A DNA stretch of 62,748 nucleotides, the filler included, from Syncephalis fuscata S228 (lineage: Eukaryota > Fungi > Zoopagomycota): NCBI GenBank assembly GCA_025786725.1. It is 4 parts of 4 records of this genome, joined end to end, with 100 filler letters (N's around TTAATTAATTAA, not from the genome) between each part and the next. Parts side by side here need not be neighbours in the genome. Positions count along the whole stretch, not along the records: positions 1 to 22,097 come from JAHLTZ010000145.1; 3 more parts are not named here. One strand, given 5' to 3'. The notes beneath the pieces are model-generated. The model was not told where the DNA came from and ran no database searches. It saw only the letters and a program-made list of their open reading frames with translations. Positions within the stretch are counted from its first letter, which is position 1. Every line of letters starts with the position of its first letter. A program made the translations under genes and the position numbers. Positions 1 through 8,340 of the stretch are shown here, piece by piece.

Positions 1-48
1 ATGATAAATATAGATACAATGTCAATGCCAAATACATTTAAATATCGC

Positions 49-780
49 TTATTTCCATGCTATCCAATAAATAATATCAATGTATACAAGTATAACAGAA
101 GACAAACGGTAAATGATATAACCGGTGGATAATATTGCTAAAATAGGCATACATTGTTTAATATACTGTTGGCTTTGAATTAAGAATTTGCAAACGCAAC
201 TCGATGCGCTAACACAATTCAAAATCCCAAATGTCATTTTCATCAAATTAATGTCATATAATGCATTTTTACAACAGGATTATCTCTGATTATTATGTCG
301 TATTTTATTTATCTACACTGAAGCTAGATATACAAGACTGGTATAACCTAGCGAGCACAATCCAGTATTTTGCATTATTCTATAAACAAAGAATTAATAA
401 AATTGATGTTCAAACCCCATGATTTGTTATCGGGAATGTCGTTATGCAAAGGCCAATTGCTAACTGTGATACCTGCATCAGCATTTGGTAGTACCGTGTT
501 AAAATGAATAGTCTATTTTATTAAACAATCTGTAATGCCGAATTTAATGTATATGCAAATCAATCAATATGATTTATAGCTAAGTAATTGCAGCCAACTT
601 ATCTATAGCATAAAACACTTTTAAAAAGACGCAAATATACTAGATCAAAATTGATAATATACTGAAGCTATATGTTACTTTGAATAGCATACATGCAGAT
701 GTTGGGGCAAGTTTTTCGGTAAAAGCGACAGCAAAGGCGCAAAACAAAACAATAGCAAAGGCACAGTAATTCATTGCCAT
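49..780 (-). pseudogene. Possible degenerate gene with signal-peptide-like N-terminus, divergent from the micro-exon gene
   Basis: ATG at 780 gives MAMNYCAFAIVLFCAFAVAFTEKLAPTSA followed by a GTATGC donor at 692. Downstream exon-like pieces (TIHFNTVLPNADAGITVSNWPLHND; hydrophobic ORF 49-246) could not be joined without stops. Confidence 0.3.
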
Positions 781-1314
781 TGTTGTAGAATCAATAAATT
801 TAGCTTATATTGTATGGCCTAGTTGTGTAACAGCATGGTGAAAGCCGATATATAAACCTTTACTGTATAAATACCAGATTATTGGTGTTACCAGCTTGTC
901 TGTTTAAATGTTAAACAAATTAAAACAAAGAGCTAGGCTGCATATCATCACGTTATCAGTGTGTTGGTATACGTGTGCCTCAAGTCATCATGTGAATGTA
1001 TCGCTATTGGCTCACACTACATTTCAATGGTATAGTCCATACACTACAGCCTATTGACATTTCAGCATAACCATAGGCTTAAATAGACCACGCAATACAC
1101 ACAGCTAACCATTGCACCACAATTGCACTCTCTTTCTCCAAGTATTCACCACTATCTACTTTATACCAATTATATTCTATTATCTGTTTTATTTGTTTGT
1201 TTCAACAAATCAGAATCAACATAAAGCGTCCTATTGCTGTCGTCTGTACCATCGTCGTGGCTTTTGTGGCCAATATAGCCATGGCAGATGCTAAGCCAAT
1301 GCTAGTTCGTCGTG

Positions 1315-2104
1315 GTAGGTTGCAACTACGATGCTCAATTAATTAGTTACTCAATCAAATACTTTTTGTAATACCAAACTGAATTTGATAGCCTGTAAGT
1401 GATTTTATAAACTCCTTAAACATGCTAAATACATATCGCCCACTATACGTGTTTAGTAACTTATATTGATAGTTTGTAAGTAGCTCCATCTATTAATTAG
1501 TTATATAATAACCATATGCCATTCACCTTTTTGTGATTAATAATTTGTATTAATAAAGAGTAAGCAGCGTTGTATATTAATTTAATTATATACCAACAAT
1601 TTTGCATTTACTTTGCGTGCTCAATAATGTGCATTAATAGAGCGTAAGTAACGTTTTACATTAACTAATTATATACTAAATTTATGCTGTTTACTGTGTG
1701 TACTCAATAATATGTATTAATATTTTGTAAGTGGTGGTTTAGCTTAACTAACTATATGCTAAAATATTTCATGCACCATGTGTGCCAATGATTTGTATTA
1801 ATAGCAGGTAAGTGGCGATGTATAGTAATGGGCTATATATTAATCATGTTTCATGCGCTGTGTTTGTTCAATAGCCTGTATTAATAGGCGGTAAATAAGA
1901 TTGTATATTGATTAACTATCATTAGCTAATCCGATATTTGTACGTTGAATGGTTTTTATTGATAGATGGTAGGTGAGACTGCATATTAAGCTACTATGTT
2001 CTAATCATAAACCATGCATTGTGCGTTTTTAGTAAGATATTTTTATAGAATGTAAGTGGAGCTGTATGGAAATTGGATAAATGTTAATTATATATTATAC
2101 ATAG
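1315..2104 (+). repeat. Degenerate 78-84 bp tandem array (intron plus 3-nt exon unit), continuing at 7531-7720
   Basis: Recurrent TATT(A/G)ATAG-NNN-GTAAGT motif with donors at 1395, 1476, 1560, 1644, 1727, 1808, 1891, 1969 and 2052. The unit split by the transposon restores an 84-nt period when the element is removed. Confidence 0.85.
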
Positions 2105-2319
2105 TGTGGTATCAATCTTGGAAACGATGGTATTTAGGAGCGGAGCTCAAATAATTAATATAAATACTATCCAAGTTCATATAATTAATAAAGAACAGAC
2201 TTTCTTACGACTAATCTTCTTGCTACAAATATAAGTGGAGATATCACAATAATATTCAGTGTTTATTGATAGTTGTCACCTCGCTCTACCGTCCCCCCAA
2301 ATCCTCCACCAATACGACA
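2105..2319 (+). repeat. 5' LTR (215 bp)
   Basis: TGTGGTATC...ATACGACA; no difference from 7311-7525 on manual comparison. Confidence 0.97.
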
Positions 2320-2321
2320 AT

Positions 2322-2338
2322 TGGTGGAGGACCTGGGC
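2322..2338 (+). other. Primer binding site, probably tRNA-Ala
   Basis: TGGTGGAGGACCTGGGC begins 2 nt after the LTR. Its complement ends ...TCCACCA, the U70-C71-C72-A73-CCA end typical of tRNA-Ala. Confidence 0.7.
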
Positions 2339-2465
2339 AACGTAAAACAATCGTTGCCCGTTCGTGCTCTCCCGTACCTAAAGACACTAATATTATTGAA
2401 TACCTTCCACTTGACTCGATCTAATTTTATCTAATAATACCGCTAATATCTCGTCATACATCCAA

Positions 2466-3818
2466 ATGTCTACTAACGAAAGACTAAGGCCATTAACACG
2501 CGCTGCGGCAGCCATCGCCTTACCTATTGATGAACAGGATGAGGTTGATGATCGATCGAATGTATCACAGAACAATCAACCCGAAGTACCAGTTCCAACG
2601 ACCCCGGAACAGGCACCCACATCAGTACCATCCAGTACTGCAACAGTGATCCAATTGATCACAGAAAGTTTTGTCAATACATTGGTACAAAATGCCGGCT
2701 CATTATCGACCACAGACAGTGCGCAAATGGCCATCGCGTTAAACTACACACTGCAAAAGTTAGGCCATAATCAAATTGCTACCTTACCTTCAATTACCCC
2801 TGGCCCTGGGTACACCGTACAAACGCCCGGCACTATTCTGCCGACAGTTGTCCCAACCCATGAAGTCACATCCTCTGCGCCCATAGCGGAATTCAACAAT
2901 CTAACGGATACTCCCAGTCGTATTCCCAAATCGACTACCTTCGAATCGATAGCTGACAGTGAATCCACTGATAGCGTATCAGTAATACTACAAAACGATA
3001 CTCCGCCGGTGAAAAAAATTACACCAGCAGCAAAATTACCCAAGATGGATATCGAAAGGTTAGACGATAAGGACGACCCGTTAGAATGGTTAAACAGCTT
3101 TCAGATGATCGCTGGACTAGCGAAATGGGATGAGCCAACAAAATGCGGTCGCTTATTTTACGGATTACGTGGCCGTGAGAGTGTTTGGTGCCTTCAAAAC
3201 ACTCCGCGACTAGATGATTATCGTCCTGGACTATTCACACAGTTAGTAAGGGAATTGAAGACGAAATGGTGTTTAGGCGATCCCGAAGAAATGTTAATGA
3301 CCAAATTCCATCTGACTCGTTTACGTCCCAATGAGACCCTCCTCGCTTTCGCTGAGCGAGTAGAGAAGGCCGGTAGTAGCGCTGGTGCTGATACCGACGC
3401 CATTTGGTACCAGATTAAATTGGGTACGAATGAATACGTCCGCGATAAACTACGGAACTACCAGATCCAAACATTGGATGATTTGCGATTCAGAGGAAAA
3501 AGTATACCAACAATTGACCCAAATAAGAAACAAATCAACCGATCGGATATCCATGCTGTTCTTAACGATGATTCAACCTTCTCTGACGAGCTAGTGTCTA
3601 GTTCAGTTCAGATGGTCTCTAATTTGAGTCAGCAACGTTGCCGCCCCAATAACAACAACGGACGGAAAAGCAAACAACAACAATCTGTTCCTCGTTATCC
3701 CTGCGCTATCTGCGATGTTCAAGGACACTTTACACACCAATGTCCAAAATTACCCGCTGCCCGAGCCTCTGCATTAGGTGGACTACCTAATGTAGACGCT
3801 AACGAATCGGAAAACTAA
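2466..3818 (+). CDS. gag: Retrotransposon Gag with CCHC zinc knuckle
   Basis: 450-aa ORF with a capsid-like region (DDPLEWLNSFQMIAGLAKW) and CAICDVQGHFTHQC. Confidence 0.93.
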   Translation: MSTNERLRPLTRAAAAIALPIDEQDEVDDRSNVSQNNQPEVPVPTTPEQAPTSVPSSTATVIQLITESFVNTLVQNAGSLSTTDSAQMAIALNYTLQKLGHNQIATLPSITPGPGYTVQTPGTILPTVVPTHEVTSSAPIAEFNNLTDTPSRIPKSTTFESIADSESTDSVSVILQNDTPPVKKITPAAKLPKMDIERLDDKDDPLEWLNSFQMIAGLAKWDEPTKCGRLFYGLRGRESVWCLQNTPRLDDYRPGLFTQLVRELKTKWCLGDPEEMLMTKFHLTRLRPNETLLAFAERVEKAGSSAGADTDAIWYQIKLGTNEYVRDKLRNYQIQTLDDLRFRGKSIPTIDPNKKQINRSDIHAVLNDDSTFSDELVSSSVQMVSNLSQQRCRPNNNNGRKSKQQQSVPRYPCAICDVQGHFTHQCPKLPAARASALGGLPNVDANESEN

Positions 3819-6800
3819 GTGGGGTGTCGACGTTTAAGGGTACCGACACCCCCGACCAATTAACAAATCCCTTGAAAACCGTATCCGTAGTCAATGCCAT
3901 TTCCGCAACGACATTACTACAGGATGGTACTATCAATGGACACGTAGTCTCTATGCTGATCGATACAGGTGCTGAAAGTACAGTTATTTCTAGTGCGGTT
4001 TGCACTAAAATAGGACTCATTTTGGGCCCACGTACCGATTCATTTGTACGATTAGCTGATGGCCGTCACGTTAACACTCGTGGACGCACTCCAGTGCGGA
4101 TTGAAATCGCTAACGTGGTACGGCAAGTCGATGCAGTTATACTAGACGCTGCCCCGTATAGCGTTCTACTTGGTATGGATTGGTTATCAGCCGCTGGTGC
4201 CAGCATTGATTGCGCAGCGGGCCGATTGTTCATTGATGGCCAATCCCATGATATAAAATTATCAAATAATCCCTCTCCTGGTATACATGTCGTATCCATG
4301 GTAGAGAAAGTCAGAAATAGTCGTTTACTTAGTAAGATTAAACAACACTTACTGAGACGGGGTGAACGACCCACTAAGAAGATTAATGATGCCGTGTTAG
4401 CATTGGCACTATCCCAATCGTCTAGTGAAGAATGGAATGAGTATACGCGTACAGCAAAACTCAATCAAGTGCTACAGGAATATTCAGATCTCTTTGCGGC
4501 GAATCCGAATAATCCTAATGCCACTACTAGAGTTCGCCACACAATCGATACAGGTGACTCACAACCAATTAATACACCCCCCTATCGTTCGGCTTATCGA
4601 CAGAGAGAAAAGATAACTGAAGCAATTGCTGACATGCTCAAGAATGGTATTATTGAACCATCTCGTAGTCCATGGTCTTCTCCTGTGGTACTAGTCGGTA
4701 AGAAGGATGGTGGTGAAAGATTTTGTGTAGATTATCGCAAAATCAACTCTATAACCAAGAAGGACTCATATCCAACTACTCGGATCGATGATGCCCTTGA
4801 CATGCTGACTGGCGCCTGTTGGTTTACTACTTTAGACCTTGCGTCAGGATATTGGCAAGTTAAGATGGCCGAGTCCGACAAAGAAAAGACAGCGTTTGTC
4901 ACTCACGCTGGTCTATATCAATTTAGTGTCATGCCATTCGGTTTATGCAATGCACCTGCGACTTTTCAACGATTGATGGATGAAGTATTGGCGGGATTGA
5001 AGTGGCATTCGTGTATTGTTTACCTAGATGACATTATCGTGTTTGGTAGAACGTTTGAAGAACACCTACAACGACTGAGTGCTGTATTTAAACGACTACG
5101 TGACGCTGGACTTCGTCTGAAGCGTAGTAAATGTCATTTCGGACAACAACAACTTGCTTATCTCGGTCATGTAGTTAGCGCTACTGGCGTTAAGCCCGAT
5201 CCAGATAAAGTGTCTGCAGTGCACAATTTCCCTGTTCCCACTGACGTCCGGGGATGTAAAAGCTTTCTAGGCTTAGCATCTTATTATCGCCGCTTTATTA
5301 ATCGATTCGCTGAAAGAGCCGAACCCATTCGTCGCCTAGAGAAGAAAGGTACACCTTTTGTATGGTCAAACGAACAACAAATCGCTTTTGATGATCTACG
5401 AACTGCTTTAACTAGTAATGACGTACTAGCTTACCCAACTCTATCTGAACCATTCCGAATTGAAACTGACGCATCTACTTACGGCCTTGGCGCTGTATTA
5501 TCACAACAAATCAATGATGTATGGCGGCCAATTGCATATGCTAGTAGAGCGTTGAATGATGCTCAAAAGAATTATTCAGCAACTGAATGTGAATGTATGG
5601 CTATCGTTTGGGCCATTGAAAAGTTTAGACCCTATGTTTATGGTAGCAACTTTACTGTAGTTACAGATCATTCTGCTTTGCGTTGGCTCATGTCTCGACC
5701 TAATCCAACCGGTAAACTTGGGCGATGGGCGTTAAAACTACAAGAGTACCGACCAACCATTGAATACCGACGTGGTACTGCAAATGCTAATGCTGATGCA
5801 TTATCGCGCGATCCTTTACCGTGGCATGAACTGGTCGAATTAGCAGAGCAAGACAAGGCAACTATGGTGATGCACATAGCCGAAATACCTGTACCCTTGT
5901 TACCCACTAATGAAGAATGGCTATATGCTCAACAAACTGAGGCTGGTACAGCAGATATTTATGCTTACTTGAAATATGGCGCTGAGTCTACGCTGATGAT
6001 GTCCGAACCTACTCGTCGCTCTTTACGTAAACGTGCCAAACGCTTTGGATTGGTAAATGACCGAATGAAAAGGAAAGTTATGAAAAACGGCATTGTGGTA
6101 GATTTACTAGATGTAGTACCCAACCAATATCGACCAGTAGTACTATATCATAGTCATGATCAGGAACTGGCTGGTCATTTGGGTATCACACGTACTCACC
6201 AGCGATTACGTCAAAACTATTGGTGGCAAAATATGCACAGTGACGTATGCGATTATGTAGCATCCTGTACTGTATGTCAGAAAGTGCGACGTATACACCA
6301 ACGATCCGGACTGTTACAGTCATTACCGGTGCCAGAAAAACCGTTCGACTTTATTGCCATTGATCTAATGGGACCTTTTACTGAATCCAATTATGGAAAT
6401 AAGTATGTGGCTGTATGTTGTGATTACACCACTCGATGGATAGAAGCAGCGGCCATTCCAGATGCGACGGCTGAGACGACCGTTCAGTTCCTAATGACTC
6501 ATATTATCGCTAGGCATGGTATGCCAAGAGTATTACTTACTGATGGTGGAACCAATTTCACATCTGGTTTGACTACTGGCATAGCACGTAGACTAGGCAT
6601 ACAACGACGGATCACTTCGGCTAGACGACCTCAAACTGATGGACTTGTAGAAAGATTTAATCATACACTTGCTTCTATGATAGCTAAGTTCACTAGTGAT
6701 TTTGAACAAGATTGGGATAAGTATTTGCCTTTACTACTATTCGCTTACAGAACGACAAGACAATCGTCGGCTGGACACTCACCTTTTCAACTATTGTTTG

Positions 6801-7360
6801 GACGAGAGGCTACCCAACCGTTGGAAGTCGCCGTCGACCCAGCTCCGACAATTCCGATCCGGTTCCATAAAAAGGTAGAAGAATATGAAGAATATGTCAC
6901 CGATCTGCAGTTGAGATTAAACGATGTAAGAGAAAGGGCCAGATTGATGATTGAAGCAGCCCAACGTCGACAATCTGCAAGATATAATAAAGGACGACGA
7001 AAGGAACCGTTTAAAGAAGGAGATTTAGTGTGGGTGGAAGAACAACTGTTAAAAGGAACAAAATTGAAAAAGATGAAAGAACGTATCAAAGGACCGTTTA
7101 AGGTGATTGACCAGACGTCGGCTGTGAATTATCTCCTAAAGGATTTAGAAACGCAAAGAACGTTTTCTGAACATGCCGATCGAATGGTGCCCTTACATAA
7201 CAGGCCCGCACACTTATTATTACCTGCAGTAGCGGTAAACCATTTATCAGTGCCCAACCTAAGTCAAGATGATATGTCAGCGGGACGCTTGACAACCAAA
7301 GAGGGAGTGTTGTGGTATCAATCTTGGAAACGATGGTATTTAGGAGCGGAGCTCAAATAA
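3803..7360 (+). CDS. pol: Retrotransposon Pol (protease, RT, RNase H, integrase)
   Basis: LIDTGA protease, YLDD RT, ETDAS RNase H, HHCC zinc finger, DDE integrase and GPF module; no internal stops; frame open from 3803. Confidence 0.97.
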   Translation, partial: RIGKLSGVSTFKGTDTPDQLTNPLKTVSVVNAISATTLLQDGTINGHVVSMLIDTGAESTVISSAVCTKIGLILGPRTDSFVRLADGRHVNTRGRTPVRIEIANVVRQVDAVILDAAPYSVLLGMDWLSAAGASIDCAAGRLFIDGQSHDIKLSNNPSPGIHVVSMVEKVRNSRLLSKIKQHLLRRGERPTKKINDAVLALALSQSSSEEWNEYTRTAKLNQVLQEYSDLFAANPNNPNATTRVRHTIDTGDSQPINTPPYRSAYRQREKITEAIADMLKNGIIEPSRSPWSSPVVLVGKKDGGERFCVDYRKINSITKKDSYPTTRIDDALDMLTGACWFTTLDLASGYWQVKMAESDKEKTAFVTHAGLYQFSVMPFGLCNAPATFQRLMDEVLAGLKWHSCIVYLDDIIVFGRTFEEHLQRLSAVFKRLRDAGLRLKRSKCHFGQQQLAYLGHVVSATGVKPDPDKVSAVHNFPVPTDVRGCKSFLGLASYYRRFINRFAERAEPIRRLEKKGTPFVWSNEQQIAFDDLRTALTSNDVLAYPTLSEPFRIETDASTYGLGAVLSQQINDVWRPIAYASRALNDAQKNYSATECECMAIVWAIEKFRPYVYGSNFTVVTDHSALRWLMSRPNPTGKLGRWALKLQEYRPTIEYRRGTANANADALSRDPLPWHELVELAEQDKATMVMHIAEIPVPLLPTNEEWLYAQQTEAGTADIYAYLKYGAESTLMMSEPTRRSLRKRAKRFGLVNDRMKRKVMKNGIVVDLLDVVPNQYRPVVLYHSHDQELAGHLGITRTHQRLRQNYWWQNMHSDVCDYVASCTVCQKVRRIHQRSGLLQSLPVPEKPFDFIAIDLMGPFTESNYGNKYVAVCCDYTTRWIEAAAIPDATAETTVQFLMTHIIARHGMPRVLLTDGGTNFTSGLTTGIARRLGIQRRITSARRPQTDGLVERFNHTLASMIAKFTSDFEQDWDKYLPLLLFAYRTTRQSSAGHSPFQLLFGREATQPLEVAVDPAPTIPIRFHKKVEEYEEYVTDLQLRLNDVRERARLMIEAAQRRQSARYNKGRRKEPFKEGDLVWVEEQLLKGTKLKKMKERIKGPFKVIDQTSAVNYLLKDLETQRTFSEHADRMVPLHNRPAHLLLPAVAVNHLSVPNLSQDDMSAGRLTTKEGVLWYQSWKRWYLGAELK
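3809..3876 (+). promoter_or_regulatory. Putative -1 ribosomal frameshift signal (slippery site plus pseudoknot)
   Basis: G GAA AAC at 3809-3815 just before the gag stop; stem 3821-3829/3844-3852; loop 3833-3840 can pair with 3869-3876; pol is in the -1 frame. Confidence 0.75.
7298..7308 (+). other. Polypurine tract
   Basis: AAAGAGGGAG immediately upstream of the 3' LTR. Confidence 0.75.
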
Positions 7361-7525
7361 TTAATATAAATACTATCCAAGTTCATATAATTAATAAAGA
7401 ACAGACTTTCTTACGACTAATCTTCTTGCTACAAATATAAGTGGAGATATCACAATAATATTCAGTGTTTATTGATAGTTGTCACCTCGCTCTACCGTCC
7501 CCCCAAATCCTCCACCAATACGACA
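7311..7525 (+). repeat. 3' LTR (215 bp)
   Basis: Direct repeat of 2105-2319 followed by the CATAG duplication. Confidence 0.97.
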
Positions 7526-8340
7526 CATAGTATGTAGCTAGTAATTTAATGCTAACAAACAGTAAGTGATATTTCACACCATCTAATTATGTACTAATCA
7601 TATACTGTTACTGAACATTTTAATGGCATTTGCCGATAGATGGTGAGATAAACTGCATAATAGTTAGCTATATACTAATTAAACGAACTTTACTGTATAC
7701 ATCTATACCATGAAATAACTAGCATAATTTAAAACATTAGCATGTATAATCATTAGGTTACCGTTTCCACTACTTTAGATATATATATGGCAAGAAGCAA
7801 AATCATTTGACAAATGCCGTTCAGTCCATTCACATATCAAGCTCCAGCCAATGCTCCGGGTTATTCATATTTCAATCAATGATATTATCATATTACAAAC
7901 AATTTTACAATTAGTCGTGTATATATAGCTATGTAAACTTGTAGTAATAAACATATAGTCATATCTATGCTTATGCTTAATTTGCATCCAATTATTGAGA
8001 AGCACTAGTCAGTAAATATATTAGCATTGTATTTGTACAAATACAATTTATTATGTCGACTTGCGTGATGCAGGGCAATGTTAATGATTAAGAATGCACA
8101 AACCAAAACTATTAAAATCCAAAGTAAGCCACATTAAAATGAAACTAAGGAATTAGAATTTAGCAACAATGTTAATACTCTATCGTTAATATTAACTTTA
8201 AAAACAGCCTTTTTATTAGCAACAGCCTTTCAGTAAATAATAAACATAAGATTAAACATAACATTATCGTAAAGCTTTTAATCTTCATTACTATTTGTTG
8301 ACATGCTTTTGTAAACAATTATAGCATTTCGCTTTTTTAA

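Larger units (their letters stand above)
2105..7525 (+). mobile_element. Full-length Ty3/Gypsy LTR retrotransposon
   Basis: TG...CA LTRs at 2105-2319 and 7311-7525; 5-bp target-site duplication CATAG at 2100-2104 and 7526-7530; PBS, PPT, gag and pol with domain order PR-RT-RH-IN. Confidence 0.98.
1221..7882 (+). pseudogene. Micro-exon gene for a small secreted peptide (signal peptide, LVRR, eleven 3-nt exons, terminal exon), decayed and interrupted by an LTR element
   Basis: Exon 1 (1221-1314) reads (ATA)KRPIAVVCTIVVAFVANIAMADAKPMLVRR then G|GTAGGT. 3-nt exons lie at 1392, 1473, 1557, 1641, 1724, 1805, 1888, 1966, 2049, 7559 and 7640, each followed by a GTRAG-like donor. Probable last exon 7779-7882. 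Confidence 0.75.

Noticed and set aside
1112-1294. 60-aa ORF from the track
   Set aside because: It has a TTG start and is out of frame with the signal-peptide exon it overlaps.
1315-2104. CRISPR-like or plain satellite reading of the ~82-bp array
   Set aside because: The context is eukaryotic, there are no cas genes, the repeats are degenerate, and the best-conserved positions are splice signals.
7311-7360. Chromodomain or env at the end of pol
   Set aside because: The tail is read-through into LTR sequence; there is no chromodomain motif and no third ORF.
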